Positions 32,249 to 43,051 of a stretch of DNA of 64,000 bases are shown piece after piece. The number at the start of each line of letters is the position of its first letter. The first letter of the stretch is position 1. This DNA is from Mycoplasmatota bacterium (GTDB lineage: Bacteria > Bacillota_I > Bacilli_A > MAG-NZ). Under the pieces are notes generated by a model. That model worked only from the letters and a program-made list of their open reading frames with translations, was not told the DNA's origin and searched no databases. The position numbers and the translations under genes were made by a program. The stretch is taken from NCBI GenBank assembly GCA_018394315.1, contig CP074575.1, positions 744,001 to 808,000 of the forward strand. The letters are read 5' to 3'.

Positions 32249-32307
32249 ATGCCAAATTTAGACAAAAAATTAATAATAGTATATAATTTTACAAAGGAGG
32301 ATGTCTT

Positions 32308-35300
32308 ATGTCTTGTGAAGGTGATGAAAGTCAATTTGCTATCGATGATATTACTAAAATAAAACAAGGAATAATTAAATATAATTTTAGAACAAATCAA
32401 ATTTTATTTGATAATCTTTTTCTTGGTTTATTTGAGTTAGAACATAAAATTAACTCTAATGAGTACATTAGTATCGATAGTAAAATTATTGTAGCGGTCT
32501 CATCACTTGAAAGAGTTATTGATTTTGTAGTTACAAGTGAAAATTCAGATATTTCTGAGCTTATCAAAATTAATAATGGAAGATTAAAAATATCCTTATA
32601 CTTAAGAAAAGTTGAATTTATAAACGATATTGCTGTAGTTAGCTATTTGACTGTTCTATATGACAAAAATCAAAAAAACAATTCTGACATTTTATCGAGT
32701 CTTCTAGAGTTATCTAGAGAAACCTCTAATGTTAATTTATGGTGGATAGACTTGTCAAAAAGGGATTATCTTTTAAGTAATCATAATTTTTACAGGAGAT
32801 TTGGAATAGAAAACGCTACAGGAACAAATACAATAAAAGATTATAGAAGACGAATGGACGAAGCTGTTAAGATAATGCCTGAGTACGAAGCTATGATAAG
32901 GATTGAGAAATTAGCTTTCTTTGAATTTATGGAATGTAAAGTAGATTATTATAGTGGTAAATATCCCGTATTGACGAAAGATAATGAGATTATTTTGGTT
33001 CAGTCTATTGGAAAATTAATAAGAAGGGATAAGTTACCTATTTCTATTGTGGGTATTGATTTTGTAATCTCAAACGAAATCAGCAACGATACAGTCGGTG
33101 AAACTCTAAGCAATATGAGACAAAGGGGTCTTGATTATTCAAATATAGGAATGTTTTGGATTATTGTAAAAGACGGAAAGCGATCACCAAACTATAATAA
33201 GAAAGCTAGAGAATTAGTAGGATATACTTCTAATAAATATGAGGAAACAGAGGGATTTGTTCAGTTCGATTCAGAGTGGTGTAAAGTTAAAAGAAGAACA
33301 CTAAAGAAATTTCCTGAGTACAGTAAATATTATGATAATGATAATGTAGAATTTTCAAAGTTTGTTAGTGGGGAAACTAGCCAGTATCGTTCAATTGTTC
33401 CGTTTCTTTTACCAAATGAGACTGTAAATTGGATAGAGTTTAGATCGAATGTTATTAGTAGGGATGAAACTGGAAAACCTAGATTTATTTCAGGGGTAGC
33501 TATTGAGATTAATAATCTGTATAAAGAGGGCTTAGTTGCTTTTGATAGTGAAAAAACAGTGCTATTTGATGACACTAAGAACAATGCAATAGAGTTAGCG
33601 AACTTGCTTATTTGGAAGATTGATTATAGTGAAGACTTTAGAGGAAGTCTAGCCTACTCTAGTAAAAGCCATGACGAGGTATTAGGCTTAGAACAAAATA
33701 AAGAAGGCGATGTATTACTTAGTGATTTCTTTTCCACTATTCAAAAGGATGACCCAGATACGTTTTCACCAGAAGATTTACAAAATCTTCACGCTGAATG
33801 TAACCGAGAAGGTTTTAATTCTTTCGGAAATATTCTAGTTAAACATAAAAATCTGAAGAACAATAAGATTTTCTATATGAAACATTTTGCAACTGTTGTT
33901 AGTAGATATGCAAATGGCAATATCAAGCATTTATCTGGATACTTAATTGATGTAACAAAAGAACATAAGATTAATAAAACAAATAAAAAACTTGAAACTA
34001 TTAATGAAAAGTATCAGCAGTTTAATGATCTTGCAATCTCCGCGGGTGAACTAATGGTTTATAATATTGAGATTTCTGATGACCTTAAGAGTAGTACCCT
34101 CTATTGTAATGACAATTTTGTTAATAAACTAGGTATTTTAAACTCATATGGAAATTTCATTAAGTTAGAAGTTTTCTTAGATACAATCGAGAAAGACGAA
34201 GAAGGTTCAAAGCTATACACTGAAGCTAAAAAACAGTTCGAGGATTTACTTAGTAAGAAGCGGAAAATGATCTCTCATTTAGTAATGAAAAATAAAAATA
34301 TGAAAACTAATGAAGTATTTTACTTAGAACACTTTGCTCAAATTGATGTTGACAAGGATGGTAAGGTAGTATCGCTTGGAGGTTTTCAAAAAGATATAAC
34401 ATCAGAAATTTTATCTGATAGGAGATTGAAATATCTAGCTGAGAATGATATTCTAACTGATTTATATAACAGAAATTACTATGAACAATTCATAAGTGAG
34501 TTTAATGATAGTGATTATTCAATAATTTACTTTGATATTGATGGATTAAAACTTGCAAATGACGTATTTGGTCATTATGCTGGAGATGAAATACTAAGAA
34601 TATTTGGAAGATATCTCAAGAAGATTTTTTATGATGAGAAGAATATATTTAGAGTTGGTGGAGATGAATTTGTAATTATTTCTAAAAGTATAGAACCTTT
34701 AGTCATTGAAGATAGGATAGCTAGTTTAAAGAAAGAGTTACAAAATTATAGTAAGGAAAACAAACATAGTCTTTTAGTTTCTAGTGGATATAAAGTGAAC
34801 AAGGGAAGAGATTTAGAATACCGTGAAGTTTTAATTTCTGCAGAGAATGAAATGTATCGGGCGAAATTAGCCAGCAAATCAGGTAAAAAAGAAATCTTTT
34901 TCAATAACTTAATAAAAAACCTTTATGAAAAAACTGATGAGAGTCTAGAACACTGTGAAAGAATAGGTGAGTTAGCTAAAAAAGTCCTTATTGGATTTGG
35001 ATGGATAAGAGCAATTGGTTTAGATAATATTTATGTTGCAGCTAAGTTTCATGATATAGGAAAACTTTCAATCTCAGATTCTATTTTGCTAAAACCAGGA
35101 GAATTAACTAACGAGGAATATGAGAAGGTAAAAACTCACTCAGAGACGGGTTATAAAATTATCGATAATATTTTAGGTTCAGACGACATAGCTGAAGGAG
35201 TACTATATCATCATGAGAGATTTGATGGATTAGGTTATCCTTATGGATTAAAGGGAAAAGAAATTCCATTATTCGCCAGAATTATCTCTATATGTGACAC

Positions 35301-35445
35301 CTATATCTCAATGATAAACGATAAGATTTATAGAAAAGCCATTCCAAAGGCTGAAGTACTCGAAGAAATTGTTAAAGAGAAGTGGAAAAAGTTTGATCCA
35401 GACTTAGTTGATATATTTATTGATGTGATTGATAAAGAAAATTAA
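32308..35445 (+). CDS. Multi-PAS diguanylate cyclase (GGDEF) / HD-GYP phosphodiesterase
   Basis: DILTDLYNR, DIDGLKLANDVFGHYAGD, GGDEF; HDIGK, HHERFDGLGYP; repeated PAS/PAC-like blocks N-terminally. Confidence 0.92.
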   Translation: MSCEGDESQFAIDDITKIKQGIIKYNFRTNQILFDNLFLGLFELEHKINSNEYISIDSKIIVAVSSLERVIDFVVTSENSDISELIKINNGRLKISLYLRKVEFINDIAVVSYLTVLYDKNQKNNSDILSSLLELSRETSNVNLWWIDLSKRDYLLSNHNFYRRFGIENATGTNTIKDYRRRMDEAVKIMPEYEAMIRIEKLAFFEFMECKVDYYSGKYPVLTKDNEIILVQSIGKLIRRDKLPISIVGIDFVISNEISNDTVGETLSNMRQRGLDYSNIGMFWIIVKDGKRSPNYNKKARELVGYTSNKYEETEGFVQFDSEWCKVKRRTLKKFPEYSKYYDNDNVEFSKFVSGETSQYRSIVPFLLPNETVNWIEFRSNVISRDETGKPRFISGVAIEINNLYKEGLVAFDSEKTVLFDDTKNNAIELANLLIWKIDYSEDFRGSLAYSSKSHDEVLGLEQNKEGDVLLSDFFSTIQKDDPDTFSPEDLQNLHAECNREGFNSFGNILVKHKNLKNNKIFYMKHFATVVSRYANGNIKHLSGYLIDVTKEHKINKTNKKLETINEKYQQFNDLAISAGELMVYNIEISDDLKSSTLYCNDNFVNKLGILNSYGNFIKLEVFLDTIEKDEEGSKLYTEAKKQFEDLLSKKRKMISHLVMKNKNMKTNEVFYLEHFAQIDVDKDGKVVSLGGFQKDITSEILSDRRLKYLAENDILTDLYNRNYYEQFISEFNDSDYSIIYFDIDGLKLANDVFGHYAGDEILRIFGRYLKKIFYDEKNIFRVGGDEFVIISKSIEPLVIEDRIASLKKELQNYSKENKHSLLVSSGYKVNKGRDLEYREVLISAENEMYRAKLASKSGKKEIFFNNLIKNLYEKTDESLEHCERIGELAKKVLIGFGWIRAIGLDNIYVAAKFHDIGKLSISDSILLKPGELTNEEYEKVKTHSETGYKIIDNILGSDDIAEGVLYHHERFDGLGYPYGLKGKEIPLFARIISICDTYISMINDKIYRKAIPKAEVLEEIVKEKWKKFDPDLVDIFIDVIDKEN

Positions 35446-35480
35446 TATTATCAAAATATAGGCTTCATTCTCATCATCTA

Positions 35481-35509
35481 TTGACATTTTTACATTTTTA
35501 CAGTATATT
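35481..35509 (+). promoter_or_regulatory. Sigma-A promoter of rplM-rpsI
   Basis: TTGACA-17 nt-TATATT. Confidence 0.8.
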
Positions 35510-35575
35510 AATCTATGGTACATTTATTATCCCTTTAATAAGGTGAAGCCCTAATTCAAAATTAGGAGGACAGTT

Positions 35576-36010
35576 ATGAAAACGTTTATGCAAACAAAAG
35601 AATCTGTTCAAAGAAATTGGCATGTCATTGATGCTACTGGAAAAACTCTTGGTCGTTTATCGACTGAAGCTGCTGTTTTATTAAGAGGTAAACACAAACC
35701 TACATTTACTCCACATATTGATGGTGGAGATTATGTAATCATTGTAAATGCTGAGAAAATCGAGTTAACTGGAAATAAGTTAAACGGTAAATTATACCGT
35801 AAACATTCTGGTTGGATCGGTGGCCTTAAAACTAAAACAGCTAGAGAAATGAGAGAGAACCATCCTGTTAAAATGCTTGAGTTATCAATTCACGGAATGT
35901 TACCAAAAGGTCGTTTAGGAAGACAAATGTGTAAGAAACTATTTGTTTATAAAGGTGAATCGCATCCACATGCGGCACAACAACCGAAAGAATACGTATT
36001 AAAAGGGTAG
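35576..36010 (+). CDS. rplM: 50S ribosomal protein L13
   Basis: [28 protein letters not shown]. Confidence 0.98.
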   Translation: MKTFMQTKESVQRNWHVIDATGKTLGRLSTEAAVLLRGKHKPTFTPHIDGGDYVIIVNAEKIELTGNKLNGKLYRKHSGWIGGLKTKTAREMRENHPVKMLELSIHGMLPKGRLGRQMCKKLFVYKGESHPHAAQQPKEYVLKG

Positions 36011-36019
36011 GTGTAAAGA

Positions 36020-36415
36020 ATGGCTAAAAAAGTAGAGTATTTAGGAACTGGACGTAGAAAAAGTTCAATCGCTAGAGTGAGACTTGTTCCTGGAACTGGT
36101 CAAATTATTATTAATAAAAGACCTTTCGAAGATTATATCCCTTCAGCACAAACTCGTTTAGATGTTATGCAACCTTTAGAAATGACTGAAACAACTGGTA
36201 GCTACGATGTATTAGTGAATGTACATGGTGGAGGAATGACTGGGCAAGCAGGAGCAATTAGACATGGAATTTCAAGAGCATTATTACATGTTAATAGTGA
36301 CTTTAGAGCAGTACTTAAAAAAGCTGGAATGTTGACACGCGACTCGAGAATTAAAGAACGTTATAAATACGGTCTTAAAAAAGCTCGTAAAGCATCTCAA
36401 TTCAGCAAACGTTAA
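36020..36415 (+). CDS. rpsI: 30S ribosomal protein S9
   Basis: [20 protein letters not shown]. Confidence 0.98.
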   Translation: MAKKVEYLGTGRRKSSIARVRLVPGTGQIIINKRPFEDYIPSAQTRLDVMQPLEMTETTGSYDVLVNVHGGGMTGQAGAIRHGISRALLHVNSDFRAVLKKAGMLTRDSRIKERYKYGLKKARKASQFSKR

Positions 36416-36422
36416 TATGGGT

Positions 36423-36453
36423 AAAAAACACATTCCTCGATGTGTTTTTTTTT
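36423..36453 (+). terminator. Intrinsic terminator
   Basis: AAAAAACACAT/ATGTGTTTTTT + T run. Confidence 0.85.
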
Positions 36454-36530
36454 ACCTATGAAGCTTCAATCATTGATATCAAATAATAGATATGATAATC
36501 ATTGAAATCATAATACCTTTATAAGTTTGA

Positions 36531-38066
<1,536 letters not shown>

Positions 38067-38074
38067 GGGGAAAA

Positions 38075-38920
38075 ATGTTTAATTATTTTATAAATGGACG
38101 TAAAAAAGCAATAAACATGTTTATGATACCAGGTGGACTTTTGGCTATTATTGGTTTTTTAGGAGGATTTGCACAAGGTAGTGGGTCACCAATATTTTAC
38201 TTTTTGATTTTTATTGGCGTTATTCTAATTATTATAGGTTCAAGTAAAGTAAGGAATTTATCAATAGAATTTAAGAATAAGTTTTTGGTTGAGTTATTAA
38301 ATAAAAAATTTACGAACGTGATATTTGATGCATCAAATGGTATTAGCCGAAGTGAGGTAAGAAAGGCAGAGATGTTACCAAGAGGTGATAGATTCAAATC
38401 AAATGATTATATAAGTGCCGAATACGATGGAGTAAACTTTAAAATGAGCGATATTCTTATTCAAGAAAGACATAGTGATGGTAAGAATACTCGTTATGTT
38501 ACAGTGTTTAAAGGACCATTTATGGAATTTGATTTCCATAAAGAAGTAGTTGGGAAAATGCAGGTTAGAGAAAAATCTCGTATTAGCTTGTTTGATAGAT
38601 ATGAACGTATTAAGTTAGAAGGTGTTGAGTTTAATAAAACTTTTAAAGTGTATGCCACTGATTCTCATACGGCATTTTATGTCTTGACTCCTACTATTAT
38701 GGAAAAACTAATTGAAATAGAAAATGATTATCCTGGTACATTTTATTTGTCTTTTATTGAAGGTAAAATATATATAGCACTTGATAATAGACGGGATAAT
38801 TTTGAAATCGGGGTCTTCAAGAAGATAGATGAGTCCTTGATAAATGAGTTTGAAAACCAGTTAAAAATAATCAGTGATATAATTGTTGATTTAAGGCTGA
38901 ATAGTAAGTTATTTAAATAA
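38075..38920 (+). CDS. DUF3137-family membrane protein
   Basis: Two N-terminal TMs, FKGxF, LExxEFNKxFxVY, AFYVLTPxxME; typical neighbour of lemA. Confidence 0.8.
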   Translation: MFNYFINGRKKAINMFMIPGGLLAIIGFLGGFAQGSGSPIFYFLIFIGVILIIIGSSKVRNLSIEFKNKFLVELLNKKFTNVIFDASNGISRSEVRKAEMLPRGDRFKSNDYISAEYDGVNFKMSDILIQERHSDGKNTRYVTVFKGPFMEFDFHKEVVGKMQVREKSRISLFDRYERIKLEGVEFNKTFKVYATDSHTAFYVLTPTIMEKLIEIENDYPGTFYLSFIEGKIYIALDNRRDNFEIGVFKKIDESLINEFENQLKIISDIIVDLRLNSKLFK

Positions 38921-38960
38921 GATTGAATACGGATGATTTGGATAATGAGATATGATATAA

Positions 38961-39053
38961 TTAGAAAAAAATAAGGATAATTTTGAAATTCAATTATCAA
39001 TGATCAAAGAGATTATTGAAGAATTAAAATTAAGTAGTAGAATCTTTAAATAA
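38961..39053 (+). pseudogene. Relic 3' end of a second DUF3137 paralogue
   Basis: Translates LEKNKDNFEI-QLSMIKEIIEELKLSSRIFK*, matching LDNRRDNFEI...QLKIISDIIVDLRLNSKLFK* of the upstream gene. In-frame stop precedes it. Confidence 0.65.
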
Positions 39054-39069
39054 GGAAGGGTGAAATAAA

Positions 39070-39606
39070 ATGTGGATAGGAATCGGTATTGCAGTTGCTG
39101 TTTTAGGGATATGGTATATTGGAACTTATAATAGTTTTAGATCTTTAGATATAAAAATCGAAGAGGCATTATCGGGTATTGATGTTGCTTTAACAAAGAG
39201 ATTTGATACATTAACAAAGATGTGGGATTTAGCTAAGAAGTATATGAAACATGAGGAAGGCACTTTAACGAAAGTAGTTGAACTTCGTCAAAAAAATAGC
39301 GGTACTTTAAAAGATGCTCAAGAATTAAGCGATGAAATGACTAAATTACAAGCTGGATTAAACGTTGTTGTTGAACAGTATCCAGACTTAAAAAGTAATC
39401 AAACAATTCAAGAGGTGCAACAAGCTTCGTTTAATGTTGAAGAACATTTACAAGCTGCAAGAAGACTTTATAATAGTAATGTTTCAATCTACAATCAAAA
39501 GATGGTGATGTTTCCATCAAGTATTGTTGCAGGAATAATTAGCGCAACTAAAAAGGACTTCTTTGAAGCTGAAGCGTCTAAAAGAGAAGATGTAAAATTT
39601 GACTAA
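39070..39606 (+). CDS. lemA: LemA-family protein
   Basis: N-terminal TM, IDVALTKRFD, EQYPDLKSN, ARRLYN, FPSSIVA. Confidence 0.93.
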   Translation: MWIGIGIAVAVLGIWYIGTYNSFRSLDIKIEEALSGIDVALTKRFDTLTKMWDLAKKYMKHEEGTLTKVVELRQKNSGTLKDAQELSDEMTKLQAGLNVVVEQYPDLKSNQTIQEVQQASFNVEEHLQAARRLYNSNVSIYNQKMVMFPSSIVAGIISATKKDFFEAEASKREDVKFD

Positions 39607-39696
39607 TCCCATTTGGGATTTTCTTTTGTGAATAGAGTGAAAATGTAGTATAATATAAGTTGATTTTAAAAAAGAATAGGAATTGAGGTTTATAAA

Positions 39697-41109
39697 ATGG
39701 TTAGAACAAGATTTGCTCCAAGTCCTACTGGTTTTATTCATGTAGGAAATTTAAGAAGTGCGATATTTACATATTTAATTGCTAAGAGTAATAAAAACGG
39801 AAAGTTTTTACTTAGGATAGAAGATACTGACCGTGGACGTTACGTTGAAGGTGCGACAGAAGTTATTTACAATACACTTAAAACTTGTGGATTACTTTGG
39901 GACGAAGGTCCAGACGTTGGCGGGGAATATGGACCATATATTCAAAGTGAAAGGATGGAATCTTATAAAGAATATGCAGAAGAACTAGTTGAAAAAGGTG
40001 AAGCATATTACTGTTTTTGTTCAGAAGAGAGACTAAATTCTTTACGTGAAACTTCACAAGCAAAGAAAGAAAACTTTTTATATGATGGATATTGTAAATC
40101 GTTATCGAAGGAAGAAATTGAGGATAAATTAAAAAGTGGAGAAAAATATGTAATAAGACAAATTACACCAAATGAAGGTGAAACATCATTTGAGTGTCAA
40201 GTATATGGTAAAATTAGTATTGATAACGATCAAATTGAGGATCAAATTCTACTTAAGTCTGATGGTTATCCTACTTATAATTTTGCTAATGTTATTGATG
40301 ATCATTTAATGAATATTACCCATGTTGTAAGAGGAAATGAGTATTTGACATCAACTCCTAAATATACATTACTTTATAGATCCTTTGGGTGGGATGAACC
40401 AACTTATGTACATTTGCCACATGTAATTAAAGAAAACGGAAAGAAGCTATCAAAAAGAGACGGTGATGCTTATTTCATGGACTTTATACAAAAAGGTTAT
40501 TTGCCTGAAGCAATTGTTAATTACTTAGCTTTACTTGGATGGAGTCCAGAAGGAAAAAAAGAAATTTTTACACTTTCACAGTTAGAAAAAATCTTTAGTA
40601 TAAAAAGAATAAATAAATCTCCAGCTGTATTTGATATTAAGAAGTTGAATTGGGTTAATAGTAGCTATATGAAAAAATTACCGGATGATAGCTTTGTAGA
40701 TTTATGTATACCACATTTAAATAATGCAGGTATTGATACACTAGATAGAGAATGGCTTACGAAACTATGTGTTTTGTTTAAAGATCGTTTGAACAATACA
40801 TTTGAAATAGTAGATCATTACAACGATTTATTTAATAAAGAATTTTCTATTGATGGTGAAGCATTAGAATTTATGCAAAATGAGGGTACAGATGCTACTG
40901 TAAAGATATTCAAGGAAAAACTAGAATCTATTGAATGGAACAGTGAAAATATTAAAAATGCAATTAATGAGACGGGAATAGACGCTGGAGTAAAAGGTAA
41001 GATGTTGTTTATGCCATGCCGTATCGCAACGACTGGTGTAATGCATGGCCCAGATTTACCTAAGGCATTAGAATTACTAGGAAAAGAAGAAATACTAGCC
41101 AGAATGTAA
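39697..41109 (+). CDS. gltX: Glutamate--tRNA ligase
   Basis: RFAPSPTG, HVGN, RIEDTD, KLSKR. Confidence 0.97.
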   Translation: MVRTRFAPSPTGFIHVGNLRSAIFTYLIAKSNKNGKFLLRIEDTDRGRYVEGATEVIYNTLKTCGLLWDEGPDVGGEYGPYIQSERMESYKEYAEELVEKGEAYYCFCSEERLNSLRETSQAKKENFLYDGYCKSLSKEEIEDKLKSGEKYVIRQITPNEGETSFECQVYGKISIDNDQIEDQILLKSDGYPTYNFANVIDDHLMNITHVVRGNEYLTSTPKYTLLYRSFGWDEPTYVHLPHVIKENGKKLSKRDGDAYFMDFIQKGYLPEAIVNYLALLGWSPEGKKEIFTLSQLEKIFSIKRINKSPAVFDIKKLNWVNSSYMKKLPDDSFVDLCIPHLNNAGIDTLDREWLTKLCVLFKDRLNNTFEIVDHYNDLFNKEFSIDGEALEFMQNEGTDATVKIFKEKLESIEWNSENIKNAINETGIDAGVKGKMLFMPCRIATTGVMHGPDLPKALELLGKEEILARM

Positions 41110-41125
41110 ACAAAGAGGTTATATT

Positions 41126-42985
41126 ATGAAGAAGTTATGGTTCGTTATTGTCTTAATTATATTAAGTGCATGTACAACTGAATCGTTAGAACTCAAAGAA
41201 AAGATCGCAACTGAAATGGCTAGAGTTGCGAGTTTTGAGGTTAATGAAGTATTTAGTTTGAAACAGTATGGAAGAAACAATGATGCTCCTGATAACAGAA
41301 CCATAACAATTGATAATAAAATTAGATATGACGAAGATGTTATTTATACAATAAATTCAATGAAAGAAGATTTAGACTTGCATAATGTTGAAACAAGAAA
41401 AATATATTCTTTCGAAAGCTATAAAGACTGGTTTAATAATGTTGCATTTGTAAGCGATACAGAATCTGATTGGTATGAAGTTGAATTATCTCAAATGCAT
41501 AAAATCGGTATGGGATCTATAGATCCGATTTCTATTATGAATATGATTTTAGATGAAAGTAAGGACTTAGATAATAGTCAAATCGAAAATTCGAACTATA
41601 TAGTTACCGATATTCCAAGTGATTTATTTGAAGAGATGTTTGGATCAAGTGTTTTTAGATTTATTGATATGAGTTCACCAGGTTCTCCACATAAAGTGGG
41701 ATATCCATATAAAGTGGAAGTAAGTATAAAGTATGATGATGATAATAAAATAGAATTTATTGATTTTGACTTATCTGATTTATTAAAAAAATATAGAGAT
41801 TATTATAACTATGAGATTGAGATTGATAGTGTAATTACATTTCTTACTGCTAACTTAAGACTTGAGTTTTTGAATTATAATCAAATAGATATAGAATTTG
41901 ATGAGGAAACTATTGATTGGGTATTAGATAAGGACTATGAAATAGAGATAGGTGATAAAGAGAGTTATGCATTAAATCAAGAATTTGGTAAAGTATCTGC
42001 AAATATCGAATACATTAACACCACTGATGATTATAATATTGATGTAAACTTGGAACTGAATAAGAACATAAAATATTTATATTATGAACTTTATTTTTAT
42101 TCTAAAGAGGAATTGATTGAAGGATACTATTCTTATTGGAATAATGCAGTAGCATTTGATATTCTTCCACTTCTAGAAACAAGGAGTAAAGAGAAAATTG
42201 ATCAAATATATTTTAAAATGAGATATGCAACTAATGAATCATCGTCAATTAAGGAAGTTAAATCTGTAGTAGAGTATAGTATAAATGAACCAGTCCATGA
42301 AATAGATTTAGATATTAGAGAATTTACCGACGAACCAAAAGATGTAGTTCCAAATGTATTGGTGGAGCATACTGGATTTGATAAAGAATTAAAAACATAC
42401 AACATGTATATAGATTTGTACTCTAAGATCGATGTAAGACATGCCGATATAACATTTCATGTTTATCTAGATGATGAACGAAAGTCGGTTTTTCATAGAA
42501 AAGACTTGGATTTAAAGCTTAATGAGCATCTTTCTTTCATTGAAGAGATATCTTATATGCCAGATGCAATATATGTTGATATAAGTTATAACTCATCTTA
42601 TTTAGTATCTGATAGAACTAAAATCAACTTAGATTTTAAGGCAATAGAAGGAGCTTTTGATTATAGTATATATAAAGAATCAGAATCTACTAGAGTTACG
42701 ATAGTCGAATTCCAAGATGTTAAGTGGTTCGCATTTAAATATAGATTTAACATAGACTTTTCTCTAACATTAGATGATTTCAATGCTTATATCTATTTTG
42801 TTGATGATGAGAAAAACTTAATAGGATGGGAATATGTATATCAAGTAGAAACCGAAAATACCTATGATTTTGTTTCGAGGTTATATGACGAGAAAATAGA
42901 TAAGATATTTATTGATATAAATTATAGTACTGATGATTTAAATAGTGAAAAAATCACTGGAGTAATTATTACGCCTATTGAATAA
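41126..42985 (+). CDS. Large acidic lipoprotein of unknown function
   Basis: Signal peptide with lipobox LSAC (Cys16); beta-rich, D/E/Y-rich mature part. Confidence 0.75.
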   Translation: MKKLWFVIVLIILSACTTESLELKEKIATEMARVASFEVNEVFSLKQYGRNNDAPDNRTITIDNKIRYDEDVIYTINSMKEDLDLHNVETRKIYSFESYKDWFNNVAFVSDTESDWYEVELSQMHKIGMGSIDPISIMNMILDESKDLDNSQIENSNYIVTDIPSDLFEEMFGSSVFRFIDMSSPGSPHKVGYPYKVEVSIKYDDDNKIEFIDFDLSDLLKKYRDYYNYEIEIDSVITFLTANLRLEFLNYNQIDIEFDEETIDWVLDKDYEIEIGDKESYALNQEFGKVSANIEYINTTDDYNIDVNLELNKNIKYLYYELYFYSKEELIEGYYSYWNNAVAFDILPLLETRSKEKIDQIYFKMRYATNESSSIKEVKSVVEYSINEPVHEIDLDIREFTDEPKDVVPNVLVEHTGFDKELKTYNMYIDLYSKIDVRHADITFHVYLDDERKSVFHRKDLDLKLNEHLSFIEEISYMPDAIYVDISYNSSYLVSDRTKINLDFKAIEGAFDYSIYKESESTRVTIVEFQDVKWFAFKYRFNIDFSLTLDDFNAYIYFVDDEKNLIGWEYVYQVETENTYDFVSRLYDEKIDKIFIDINYSTDDLNSEKITGVIITPIE

Positions 42986-43051
42986 AATTATTCAAATGAA
43001 TTTATTAGAAATGATAGAAAAAATAAATTATAATTAAGTGGGGTGGTTTGA

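Noticed and set aside
36488..36508. Fur-box-like TGATAATCATT upstream of glpK
   Set aside because: Only one half-site matches well and no iron-related gene is adjacent.
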